A stretch of 64,000 nucleotides of DNA, taken from the NCBI GenBank assembly GCA_964016885.1, contig OZ024744.1, positions 122,140,001 to 122,204,000 on the forward strand. The letters run 5' to 3'. A program made the translations under genes and the position numbers. The notes beneath the pieces were generated by a model. That model worked only from the letters and a program-made list of their open reading frames with translations, searched no databases and had not been told where the DNA came from. The first letter of the stretch is position 1. Each line of letters starts with the position of its first letter. This document shows, in pieces, positions 31,001 to 46,000 of this stretch. Source of the stretch: Eledone cirrhosa. Lineage: Eukaryota.

Positions 31001-31989
31001 ACTATCTCTCTTCACAACATGCATCACTACCTCTATTCCTATCAGCCAGTCACTTTTATACTTCCTTAACACATGACGCAACCATCTCACACTATCTCTC
31101 TTCACAACATCCATCACTACCTCTATTTCTCTCACCCAGTCACTTTTATCCTTCCTCAACACATGACCCAACCATCTCACACTATCTCTCTTCACAACAT
31201 CCATCATTACCTCTATTCCTCTCACCCAGTCACTTTTATACTTCCTCAACACATGACCCAACCATCTGACACTATCTCACTTCACAACATCCATCACCAC
31301 CTCTATTCCTCTCACCCAGTCACTTTTATCCTTCCTCAACACATGACCCAACCATCTCACACTATCTCTCTTCACAACATCCATCACCACCTCTATTCCT
31401 CTCACCCAGTCACTTTTATCCTTCCTCAACACATGACCTAACCATCTGACACTATCTCTCTTCACAACATCCATCACCACCTCTATTCCTCTCACCCAGT
31501 CGCTTTTATCCGTCCTCAACACATGACCCAACCATTTCACACCATCTCTCTTCACAACATCCATCACCACCTCTATTCCTCTCACCCAGTCACTTTTATC
31601 CTTCCTCAACACATGACCCAACCATCTCACACTATCTCTCTTCACAACATCCATCACTACCTCTATTCCTCTCACCCAGTCACTTTTATCTTTCCTCAAC
31701 ACATGACCCAACTATCTCACACTATCTCTCTTCACAACATCCATCACTACCTCTATTCCTCTCACCCAGTCACTTTTATCCTTCCTCAACACATGAACCA
31801 ACCATCTCACACTATCTCTCTTAACAAAATCCATCACTACCTCTATTCCTATCAGCCAGTCACTTTTATCCTTCCTCAACACATGACCCAACCATATCAC
31901 ACTATCTCTCTTCACAACATCAATCACTACCTCTATTCCTATCAGCCAGTCACTTTTATACTTCCTCAACACATGACGCAACCATCTCA

Positions 31990-34900
31990 CACTATCTCTC
32001 TTCACAACATCCATCACTACCTCTATTCCTCTCACCCAGTCACTTTTATTCTTCCTCAACACATGACCCAACCATCTCACACTATCTCTCTTCACAACAT
32101 CCATCATTACCTCTATTGCTCTCACCCAGTCACTTTCATACTTCCTCAACACATGACCCAACCATCTCACACTATCTGTCTTCACAACATCCATCATTAC
32201 CTCTATTGCTCTCACCCAGTCACTTTCATACTTCCTCAACACATGACCCAACCATCTCATACTATCTCTCTTCACAACATCCATCACTACCTCTATTCCT
32301 CTCAACCAGTCACTTTTATCCTTCCTCAACACATGACCCAACCATCTCACACTATCTCTCTTCACAACATCTATCACTACCTCTATTCCTCTCACCCAGT
32401 CACTTTTATCCTTCCTCAAAACATGTCTAAACCATCTCACACTATCTCTCTTCACAACATCCATCACTACCTCTATTCCTCTCACCCAGTCACTTTCATA
32501 CTGCCTCAACCCATGACCCAACCATCTCACACTATCTCTTTTCACAACATCCATCACTACCTCTATTCCTCTCACCCAGTCACTTTTATCCTTCCTCAAC
32601 ACATGACCTAACCATCTCACACTATCTCTCTTCAACAACATCCATCACTATCTCTATTCCTCTCACCCAGTCACTTTCATAATTCCTCAACACATGACCC
32701 AATCATCTCACACTATCTCTCTTCACAACATCCATCACTACCTCTATTCCTCTCACCTCCCAGTCACTTTTATCCTTTCTCAACACATGACCCAACAATC
32801 TCACACTATCTCTCTTGACAACATCCATCACTACCTCTAATCCTCTCAGCCAGTCACTTTCATACATCCTCAACACATGACCCAACCATCTCACACTATC
32901 TCTCTTCACAACATCCATCACTACCTCTATTCCTCTCACCCAGTCACTTTTATCCTTCCTCAACACATGACCCAACCATCTCACACCATCTCTCTTCACA
33001 ACATCCATCACTACCTCTATTCCTCTCACCCAGTCACTTTTATCCTTCCTCAACACATGACCTAACCATCTCACACTATCTCTCTTCAACAACATCCATC
33101 ACTATCTCTATTCCTCTCACCCAGTCACTTTCATAATTCCTCAACACATGACCCAATCATCTCACACTATCCCTCTTCACAACATCCATCACTACCTCTA
33201 TTCCTCTCACCCAGTCACTTTTATACTTCCTCAACACATGACCCAACCATCTCACGCTATCTCTCTTCACAATATCCATCACTACCTCTATTCCTCTCAC
33301 CCAGTCACTTTTATCCTTGCTCAACACATGACCCAACCATCTCACACTATCTCTCTTCACAACATCCATCACTACCTCTACTCCTCTCACCTAGTCACTT
33401 TCAACCTTCCTCAACACATGACCCAACCATCTCACACTATCTTTCTTCACAACATCCTTCACTACCTCTATTCCTCTCACCCAGTCACTTTTATACTTCC
33501 TCAACACATGACCCAACCATCTGACACTATCTCACTTCACAACATCCATCACCACCTCTATTCCTCTCACCCAGTCACTTTTATCCTTCCTCAACACATG
33601 ACCCAACCATCTCACACTATCTCTCTTCACAACATCCATCACCACCTCTATCCCTCTCACCCAGTCACTTTTATCCTTCCTCAACACATGACCTAACCAT
33701 CTGACACTATCTCTCTTCACAACATCCATCACCACCTCTATTCCTCTCACCCAGTCACTTTTATCCGTCCTCAACACATGACCCAACCATCTCACACTAT
33801 CTCTCTTCACAACATCCATCACCACCACTATTCCTCTCACCCAGTCACTTTTATCCTTCCTCAACACATGACCCGACCATCTCACACTATCCCTCTTCAC
33901 AACATCCATCACTACCTCTATTCCTCTCACCCAGTCACTTTTATCTTTCCTCAACACATGACCAAACTATCTCACACTATCTCTCTTCACAACATCCATC
34001 ACTACTTCTATTCCTCTCACCCAGTCACTTTTATCCTTCCTCAACACATGACCCAACCATCTCACACTATCTCTCTTCACAACATCCATCACTACCTCTA
34101 TTCCTATCAGCCAGTCACTTTTATCCTTCCTCAACACATGACCCAACCATATCACACTATCTCTCTTCACAACATCAATCACTACCTCTGTTCCTATCAG
34201 CCAGTCACTTTTATACTTCCTCAACACATGACCCAACCATCTCACACTATCTCTCTTCACAACATCCATCACCACCTCTATTCCTCTCACCCAGTCACTT
34301 TTATCCTTCCTCAACACATGACCCAACCATCTCACACTATCTCTCTTCACAACATCCATCACCACCTCTATTCCTCTCACCCAGTCACTTTTATCCTTCC
34401 TCAACACATGACCTAACCATCTGACACTATCTCTCTTCACAACATCCATCACCACCTCTATTCCTCTCACCCAGTCACTTTTATCCGTCCTCAACACATG
34501 ACCCAACCATTTCACACTATCTCTCTTCACAACATCCATCACTACCTCTATTCCTCTCACCCAGTCACTTTTATTCTTCCTCAACACATGACCCAACCAT
34601 CTCACACTATCTCTCTTCACAACATCCATCATTACCTCTATTGCTCTCACCCAGTCACTTTCATACTTCCTCAACACATGACCCAACCATCTCACACTAT
34701 CTGTCTTCACAACATCCATCATTACCTCTATTGCTCTCACCCAGTCACTTTCATACTTCCTCAACACATGACCCAACCATCTCATACTATCTCTCTTCAC
34801 AACATCCATCACTACCTCTATTCCTCTCAACCAGTCACTTTTATCCTTCCTCAACACATGACCCAACCATCTCACACTATCTCTCTTCACAACATCTATC

Positions 34901-37065
34901 ACTACCTCTATTCCTCTCACCCAGTCACTTTTATCCTTCCTCAAAACATGACTAAACCATCTCACACTATCTCTCTTCACAACATCCATCACTACCTCTA
35001 TTCCTCTCACCCAGTCACTTTCATACTGCCTCAACCCATGACCCAACCATCTCACACTATCTCTTTTCACAACATCCATCACTACCTCTATTCCTCTCAC
35101 CCAGTCACTTTTATCCTTCCTCAACACATGACCTAACCATCTCACACTATCTCTCTTCAACAACATCCATCACTATCTCTATTCCTCTCACCCAGTCACT
35201 TTCATAATTCCTCAACACATGACCCAATCATCTCACACTATCTCTCTTCACAACATCCATCACTACCTCTATTCCTCTCACCTCCCAGTCACTTTTATCC
35301 TTTCTCAACACATGACCCAACAATCTCACACTATCTCTCTTGACAACATCCATCACTACCTCTAATCCTCTCAGCCAGTCACTTTCATACATCCTCAACA
35401 CATGACCCAACCATCTCACACTATCTCTCTTCACAACATCCATCACTACCTCTATTCCTCTCACCCAGTCACTTTTATCCTTCCTCAACACATGACCCAA
35501 CCATCTCACACCATCTCTCTTCACAACATCCATCACTACCTCTATTCCTCTCACCCAGTCACTTTTATCCTTCCTCAACACATGACCTAACCATCTCACA
35601 CTATCTCTCTTCAACAACATCCATCACTATCTCTATTCCTCTCACCCAGTCACTTTCATAATTCCTCAACACATGACCCAATCATCTCACACTATCCCTC
35701 TTCACAACATCCATCACTACCTCTATTCCTCTCACCCAGTCACTTTTATACTTCCTCAACACATGACCCAACCATCTCACGCTATCTCTCTTCACAATAT
35801 CCATCACTACCTCTATTCCTCTCACCCAGTCACTTTTATCCTTGCTCAACACATGACCCAACCATCTCACACTATCTCTCTTCACAACATCCATCACTAC
35901 CTCTACTCCTCTCACCTAGTCACTTTCAACCTTCCTCAACACATGACCCAACCATCTCACACTATCTTTCTTCACAACATCCTTCACTACCTCTATTCCT
36001 CTCACCCAGTCACTTTTATACTTCCTCAACACATGACCCAACCATCTGACACTATCTCACTTCACAACATCCATCACCACCTCTATTCCTCTCACCCAGT
36101 CACTTTTATCCTTCCTCAACACATGACCCAACCATCTCACACTATCTCTCTTCACAACATCCATCACCACCTCTATCCCTCTCACCCAGTCAGTTTTATC
36201 CTTCCTCAACACATGACCTAACCATCTGACACTATCTCTCTTCACAACATCCATCACCACCTCTATTCCTCTCACCCAGTCACTTTTATCCGTCCTCAAC
36301 ACATGACCCAACCATCTCACACTATCTCTCTTCACAACATCCATCACCACCACTATTCCTCTCACCCAGTCACTTTTATCCTTCCTCAACACATGACCCG
36401 ACCATCTCACACTATCCCTCTTCACAACATCCATCACTACCTCTATTCCTCTCACCCAGTCACTTTTATCTTTCCTCAACACATGACCAAACTATCTCAC
36501 ACTATCTCTCTTCACAACATCCATCACTACTTCTATTCCTCTCACCCAGTCACTTTTATCCTTCCTCAACACATGACCCAACCATCTCACACTATCTCTC
36601 TTCACAACATCCATCACTACCTCTATTCCTATCAGCCAGTCACTTTTATCCTTCCTCAACACATGACCCAACCATATCACACTATCTCTCTTCACAACAT
36701 CAATCACTACCTCTGTTCCTATCAGCCAGTCACTTTTATACTTCCTCAACACATGACCCAACCATCTCACACTATCTCTCTTCACAACATCCATCACCAC
36801 CTCTATTCCTCTCACCCAGTCACTTTTATCCTTCCTCAACACATGACCCAACCATCTCACACTATCTCTCTTCACAACATCCATCACCACCTCTATTCCT
36901 CTCACCCAATCACTTTTATCCTTCCTCAACACATGACCTAACCATCTGACACTATCTCTCTTCACAACATCCATCACCACCTCTATTCCTCTCACCCAGT
37001 CACTTTTATCCGTCCTCAACACATGACCCAACCATTTCACACTATCTCTCTTCACAACATCCATC
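31990..37065. repeat. Near-identical tandem duplication, unit 2525 bp (28 monomers +5 bp)
   Basis: ORF pairs 32116/34641, 32703/35228, 33148/35673, 33532/36057, 33778/36303 and 33967/36492 all differ by 2525. One +3 and two +1 insertions per unit account for the +5. Confidence 0.92.
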
Positions 37066-40000
37066 ACCACCTCTATTCCTCTCACCCAGTCACTTTTATC
37101 CTTCCTCAACACATGACCCAACCATCTCACACTATCCCTCTTCACAACATCCATCACTACCTCTATTCCTCTCACCCAGTCACTTTTATCTTTCCTCAAC
37201 ACATGACCCAACTATCTCACACTATCTCTCTTCACAACATCCATCACTACCTCTATTCCTCTCACCCAGTCACTTTTGTCCTTCCTCAACACATGACCCA
37301 ACCATCTCACACTATCTCTCTTCACAACATCCATCACTACCTCTATTCCTATCAGCCAGTCACTTTTATCCTTCCTCAACACATGACCCAACCATATCAC
37401 ACTATCTCTCTTCACAACATCAATCACTACCTCTATTCCTATCAGCCAGTCACTTTTATACTTCCTCAACACATGACGCAACCATCTCACACTATCTCTC
37501 TTCACAACATCCATCACTACCTCTATTCCTCTCACCCAGTCACTTTTATCCTTCCTCAACACATGACCCAACCATCTCACACTATCTCTCTTCACAACAT
37601 CCATCATTACCTCTATTGCTCTCACCCAGTCACTTTCATACTTCCTCAACACATGACCCAACCATCTCACACTATCTCTCTTCACAACATCCATCATTAC
37701 CTCTATTGCTCTCACCCAGTCACTTTCATACTTCCTCAACACATGACCCAACCATCTCATACTATCTCTCTTCACAACATCCATCACTACCTCTATTCCT
37801 CTCACCCAGTCACTTTTATCCTTCCTCAACACATGACCCAACCATCTCACACTATCTCTCTTCACAACATCCATCACTACCTCTATTCCTCTCACCCAGT
37901 CACTTTTATCCTTCCTCAAAACATGACTAAACCATCTCACACTATCTCTCTTCACAACATCCATCACTACCTCTATTCCTCTCACCCAGTCACTTTCATA
38001 CTGCCTCAACCCATGACCCAACCATCTCACACTATCTCTTTTCACAACATCCATCACTACATCTGTTCCTCTCACCCAGTCACTTTTATACTTCCTCAAA
38101 ACATGACCCAACCATCTCACACTATCTCTCTTCACAACATCCATCACTACCTCTATTCCTCTCACCTCCCAGTCACTTTTATCCTTTCTCAACACATGAC
38201 CCAACAATCTCACACTATCTCTCTTGACAACATCAATCACTACCTCTAATCCTCTCAGCCAGTCACTTTCATACTTCCTCAACACATGACCCAACCATCT
38301 CACACTATCTCTCTTCACAACATCCATCACTACCTCTATTCCTCTCACCCAGTCACTTTTATCCTTCCTCAACACATGACCCAACAATCTCACACTATCT
38401 CTCTTCTCAACATCCATCACTACCTCTATTCCTCTCACCCAGTCACTTTTATCCTTCCTCAACACATGACCTAACCATCTCACACTATCTCTCTTCAACA
38501 ACATCCATCACTATCTCTATTCCTCTCACCCAGTCACTTTCATAATTCCTCAACACATGACCCAATCATCTCACACTATCCCTCTTCACAACATCCATCA
38601 CTACCTCTATTCCTCTCACCCAGTCACTTTTATACTTCCTCAACACATGACCCAACCATCTCACACTATCTCTCTTCACAACATCCATCACCACCTCTAT
38701 TCCTCTCACCCAGTCACTTTTATCCTTCCTCAACACACGACCTAACCATCTGACACTATCTCTCTTCAAAACATCCATCACTACCTCTATTCCTATCAGC
38801 CAGTCACTTTTATCCTTCCTCAACACATGACCCAACCATATCACACTATCTCTCTTCACAACATCCATCACTACCTCTATTCCTCTTACCCAGTCACTTT
38901 CATACTTCCTCAACACATGACCCAACCATCTCATACTATCTCTCTTCACAACATCCATCACTACCTCTATTCCTCTCACTCAGTCACTTTTGTACTTCCT
39001 CAACACATGACCCAACCATCTCACACTATCTCTCTTGACAACATCCATCACTACCTCTAATCCTCTCAGCCAGTCACTTTCATACTTCCTCAACACATGA
39101 CCCAACCATCTCACACTATCTCTCTTCACAACATCCATCACTACCTCTATTCCTCTCACCCAGTCACTTTTATCCTTCCTCAACACATGACCCAACAATC
39201 TCACACTATCTCTCTTCACAACATCCATCACTACCTCTATTCCTCTCACCCAGTCACTTTTATCCTTCCTCAACACATGACCTAACCATCTCACACTATC
39301 TCTCTTCAACAACATCCATCACTATCTCTATTCCTCTCACCCAGTCACTTTCATAATTCCTCAACACATGACCCAACCATCTCACGCTATCTCTCTTCAC
39401 AATATCCATCACTACCTCAATTCCTCTCACCCAGTCACTTTTATCCTTCCTCAATACATGACCCAACCATCTCACACTATCTCTCTTCACAACATCCATC
39501 ACTACTTCTACTCCTCTCACCTAGTCACTTTCAACCTTCCTCAACACATGACCCAACCATCTCACACTATCTCTCTTCACAACATCCTTCACTACCTCTA
39601 TTCCTCTCACCCAGTCACTTTCATACTGCCTCAACCCATGACCCAACCATCTCACACTATCTCTCTTCACAACATCCATCACTACATCTGTTCCTCTCAC
39701 CCAGTCACTTTTATACTTCCTCAACACATGACCCAACCATCTCACAATATCTCTCTTCACAACATCCATCACTACCTCTATTCCTCTCACCCAGTTACTT
39801 TTATCCTTCCTCAACACATGACCCAACCATCTCACACTATCTCTCTTCACAACATCCATCACTACCTCTACTCCTCTCACCTAGTCACTTTCAACCTTCC
39901 TCAACACATGACCCAACCATCTGACACTATCTCACTTCACAACATCCATCACCACCTCTATTCCTCTCACCCAGTCACTTTTATCCTTCCTCAACACATG

Positions 40001-43000
40001 ACCCAACCATCTCACACTATCTCTCTTCACAACATCCATCACCACCTCTATTCCTCTCACCCAGTCACTTTTATCCTTCCTCAACACATGACCTAACCAT
40101 CTGACACTATCTCTCTTCACAACATCCATCACCACCTCTATTCCTCTCACCCAGTCACTTTTATCCGTCCTCAACACATGACCCAACCATCTCATACTAT
40201 CTCTCTTCACAACATCCATCACTACCTCTATTCCTCTCACCCAGTCACTTTTATCCTTCCTCAACACATGACCCAACCATCTCACACTATCTCTCTTCAC
40301 AACATCCATCACTACCACTATTCCTCTCACCCAGTCACTTTTATCCTTCCTCAAAACATGACTAAACCATCTCACACTATCTCTCTTCACAACATCCATC
40401 ACTACCTCTATTCCTCTCACCCAGTCACTTTCATACTGCCTCAACCCATGACCCAACCATCTCACACTATCTCTTTTCACAACATCCATCACTACATCTG
40501 TTCCTCTCACCCAGTCACTTTTATACTTCCTCAACACATGACCCAACCATCTCACACTATCTCTCTTCACAACATCCATCACTACCTCTATTCCTCTCAC
40601 CCAGTCACTTTTATCCTTCCTCAACACATGACCCAACCATCTTACACTATCTCTCTTCACAACATCCATCACTACCTCTATTCCTCTCAACCAGTCACTT
40701 TTATCCTTCCTCAACACATGACCCAACCATCTCACACTATCTCTCTTCACAACATCCATCACCACCTCCATTCCTCTCACCCAGTCACTTTTATCCTTCC
40801 TCAACACATGACCCAACCATCTCACACTATCTCTCTTCACACATCCATCACCACCTCTATTCCTCTCACCCAGTCACTTTTATCCTTCCTCAACACATGA
40901 CCCAACCATCTCACACTATCTCTCTTCACAACATACATCACCACCTCTATTCCTCTCACCCAATCACTTTTATCCTTCCTCAACACACGACCTAACCATC
41001 TGACACTATCTCTCTTCAAAACATCCATCACTACCTCTATTCCTATCAGCCAGTCACTTTTATCCTTCCTCAACACATGACCCAACCATATCACACTATC
41101 TCTCTTCACAACATCCACCACTACCTCTATTCCTCTCACCCAGTCACTTTCATACTTCTTCAACACATGACCCAACCATCTCATACTATCTCTCTTCACA
41201 ACATCCATCACTACCTCTATTCCTCTCACTCAGTCACTTTTATACTTCCTCAACACATGACCCAACCATCTCACAATATCTCTCTTCACAACATCCATCA
41301 CTACCTCTATTCTTCCCACCTCCCAGTCACTTTTATCCTTTCTCAACACATGACCCAACCATCTCACACTATCTCTCTTCACAACATCCATCACTACCTC
41401 TATTCCTCTCACCCAGTCACTTTCATACTTCCTCAACACATGACCCAACCATCTCATACTATCTCTCTTCACAACATCCATCACTACCTCTATTCCTCTC
41501 ACTCAGTCACTTTTATACTTCCTCAACACATGACTCAACCATCTCATACTATCTCTCTTCACAACATCCATCACTACCTCTATTCCTCTCACCCAGTCAC
41601 TTTTATCCTTCCTCAACACATGACCCAACAATCTCACACTATCTCTCATCACAACATCCATCACTACCTCTATTCCTCTCACCCAGTCACTTTTATCCTT
41701 CCTCAACACATGACCTAACCATCTCACACTATCTCTCTTCAACAACATCCATCACTACCTCTATTCCTCTCACCCAGTCACTTTCATACTTCCTCAACAC
41801 ATGACCCAACCATCTCATACTATCTCTCTTCACAACATCCATCACTACCTCTATTCCTCTCACTCAGTAACTTTTATACTTCCTCAACACATGACCCAAC
41901 CATCTCACACTATCTCTCTTCACAACATCCATCACTACCTCTATTCCTCTCACCCAGTCACTTTCATAATTCCTCAACACATGACCCAACCATCTCACGC
42001 TATCTCTCTTCACAATATCCATCACTACCTCTATTCCTCTCACCCAGTCACTTTTATCCTTCCTCAATACATGACCCAACCATCTCACACTATCTCTCTT
42101 CACAACATCCATCACTACTTCTACTCCTCTCACCTAGTCACTTTCAACCTTCCTCAACACATGACCCAACCATCTCACACTATCTCTCTTCACAACATCC
42201 TTCACTACCTCTATTCCTCTCACCCAGTCACTTTTATCCTTCCTCAAAACATGACTAAACCATCTCACACTATCTCTCTTCACAACATCCATCACTACCT
42301 CTATTCCTCTCACCCAGTCACTTTCATACTGCCTCAACCCATGACCCAACCATCTCACACTATCTCTCTTCACAACATCCATCACTACCTCTACTCCTCT
42401 CACCTAGTCACTTTCAACCTTCCTCAACACATGACCCAACCATCTGACACTATCTCACTTCACAACATCCATCACCACCTCTATTCCTCTCACCCAGTCA
42501 CTTTTATCCTTCCTCAACACATGACCCAACCATCTCACACTATCTCTCTTCACAACATCCATCACCACCTCTATTCCTCTCACCCAGTCACTTTTATCCT
42601 TCCTCAACACATGACCTAACCATCTGACACTATCTCTCTTCACAACATCCATCACCACCTCTATTCCTCTCACCCAGTCACTTTTATCCGTCCTCAACAC
42701 ATGACCCAACCATCTCATACTATCTCTCTTCACAACATCCATCACTACCTCTATTCCTCTCACCCAGTCACTTTTATCCTTCCTCAACACATGACCCAAC
42801 TATCTCACACTATCTCTCTTCACAACATCCATCACTACCTCTATTCCTCTCACCCAGTCACTTTTATCCTTCCTCAAAACATGACTAAACCATCTCACAC
42901 TATCTCTCTTCACAACATCCATCACTACCTCTATTCCTCTCACCCAGTCACTTTTATCCTTCCTCAACACATGACCCAACTATCTCACACTATCTCTCTT

Positions 43001-46000
43001 CACAACATCCATCACTACCTCTATTCCTCTCACCCAGTCACTTTTATCCTTCCTCAAAACATGACTAAACCATCTCACACTATCTCTCTTCACAACATCC
43101 ATCACCACCTCTATTCCTCTCACCCAGTCACTTTTATCCTTCCTCAACACATGACCTAACCATCTGACACTATCTCTCTTCACAACATCCATCACCACCT
43201 CTATTCCTCTCACCCAGTCACTTTTATCCGTCCTCAACACATGACCCAACCATTTCACACTATCTCTCTTCACAACATCCATCACCACCTCTATTCCTCT
43301 CACCCAGTCACTTTTATCCTTCCTCAACACATGACCCAACCATCTCACACTATCCCTCTTCACAACATCCATCACTACCTCTATTCCTCTCACCCAGTCA
43401 CTTTTATCTTTCCTCAACACATGACCCAACTATCTCACACTATCTCTCTTCACAACATCCATCACTACCTCTATTCCTCTCACCCAGTCACTTTTGTCCT
43501 TCCTCAACACATGACCCAACCATCTCACACTATCTCTCTTCACAACATCCATCACTACCTCTATTCCTATCAGCCAGTCACTTTTATCCTTCCTCAACAC
43601 ATGACCCAACCATATCACACTATCTCTCTTCACAACATCAATCACTACCTCTATTCCTATCAGCCAGTCACTTTTATACTTCCTCAACACATGACGCAAC
43701 CATCTCACACTATCTCTCTTCACAACATCCATCACTACCTCTATTCCTCTCACCCAGTCACTTTTATCCTTCCTCAACACATGACCCAACCATCTCACAC
43801 TATCTCTCTTCACAACATCCATCATTACCTCTATTGCTCTCACCCAGTCACTTTCATACTTCCTCAACACATGACCCAACCATCTCACACTATCTCTCTT
43901 CACAACATCCATCATTACCTCTATTGCTCTCACCCAGTCACTTTCATACTTCCTCAACACATGACCCAACCATCTCATACTATCTCTCTTCACAACATCC
44001 ATCACTACCTCTATTCCTCTCACCCAGTCACTTTTATCCTTCCTCAACACATGACCCAACCATCTCACACTATCTCTCTTCACAACATCCATCACTACCT
44101 CTATTCCTCTCACCCAGTCACTTTTATCCTTCCTCAAAACATGACTAAACCATCTCACACTATCTCTCTTCACAACATCCATCACTACCTCTATTCCTCT
44201 CACCCAGTCACTTTCATACTGCCTCAACCCATGACCCAACCATCTCACACTATCTCTTTTCACAACATCCATCACTACATCTGTTCCTCTCACCCAGTCA
44301 CTTTTATACTTCCTCAAAACATGACCCAACCATCTCACACTATCTCTCTTCACAACATCCATCACTACCTCTATTCCTCTCACCTCCCAGTCACTTTTAT
44401 CCTTTCTCAACACATGACCCAACAATCTCACACTATCTCTCTTGACAACATCAATCACTACCTCTAATCCTCTCAGCCAGTCACTTTCATACTTCCTCAA
44501 CACATGACCCAACCATCTCACACTATCTCTCTTCACAACATCCATCACTACCTCTATTCCTCTCACCCAGTCACTTTTATCCTTCCTCAACACATGACCC
44601 AACAATCTCACACTATCTCTCTTCTCAACATCCATCACTACCTCTATTCCTCTCACCCAGTCACTTTTATCCTTCCTCAACACATGACCTAACCATCTCA
44701 CACTATCTCTCTTCAACAACATCCATCACTATCTCTATTCCTCTCACCCAGTCACTTTCATAATTCCTCAACACATGACCCAATCATCTCACACTATCCC
44801 TCTTCACAACATCCATCACTACCTCTATTCCTCTCACCCAGTCACTTTTATACTTCCTCAACACATGACCCAACCATCTCACACTATCTCTCTTCACAAC
44901 ATCCATCACCACCTCTATTCCTCTCACCCAGTCACTTTTATCCTTCCTCAACACACGACCTAACCATCTGACACTATCTCTCTTCAAAACATCCATCACT
45001 ACCTCTATTCCTATCAGCCAGTCACTTTTATCCTTCCTCAACACATGACCCAACCATATCACACTATCTCTCTTCACAACATCCATCACTACCTCTATTC
45101 CTCTTACCCAGTCACTTTCATACTTCCTCAACACATGACCCAACCATCTCATACTATCTCTCTTCACAACATCCATCACTACCTCTATTCCTCTCACTCA
45201 GTCACTTTTGTACTTCCTCAACACATGACCCAACCATCTCACACTATCTCTCTTGACAACATCCATCACTACCTCTAATCCTCTCAGCCAGTCACTTTCA
45301 TACTTCCTCAACACATGACCCAACCATCTCACACTATCTCTCTTCACAACATCCATCACTACCTCTATTCCTCTCACCCAGTCACTTTTATCCTTCCTCA
45401 ACACATGACCCAACAATCTCACACTATCTCTCTTCACAACATCCATCACTACCTCTATTCCTCTCACCCAGTCACTTTTATCCTTCCTCAACACATGACC
45501 TAACCATCTCACACTATCTCTCTTCAACAACATCCATCACTATCTCTATTCCTCTCACCCAGTCACTTTCATAATTCCTCAACACATGACCCAACCATCT
45601 CACGCTATCTCTCTTCACAATATCCATCACTACCTCAATTCCTCTCACCCAGTCACTTTTATCCTTCCTCAATACATGACCCAACCATCTCACACTATCT
45701 CTCTTCACAACATCCATCACTACTTCTACTCCTCTCACCTAGTCACTTTCAACCTTCCTCAACACATGACCCAACCATCTCACACTATCTCTCTTCACAA
45801 CATCCTTCACTACCTCTATTCCTCTCACCCAGTCACTTTCATACTGCCTCAACCCATGACCCAACCATCTCACACTATCTCTCTTCACAACATCCATCAC
45901 TACATCTGTTCCTCTCACCCAGTCACTTTTATACTTCCTCAACACATGACCCAACCATCTCACAATATCTCTCTTCACAACATCCATCACTACCTCTATT

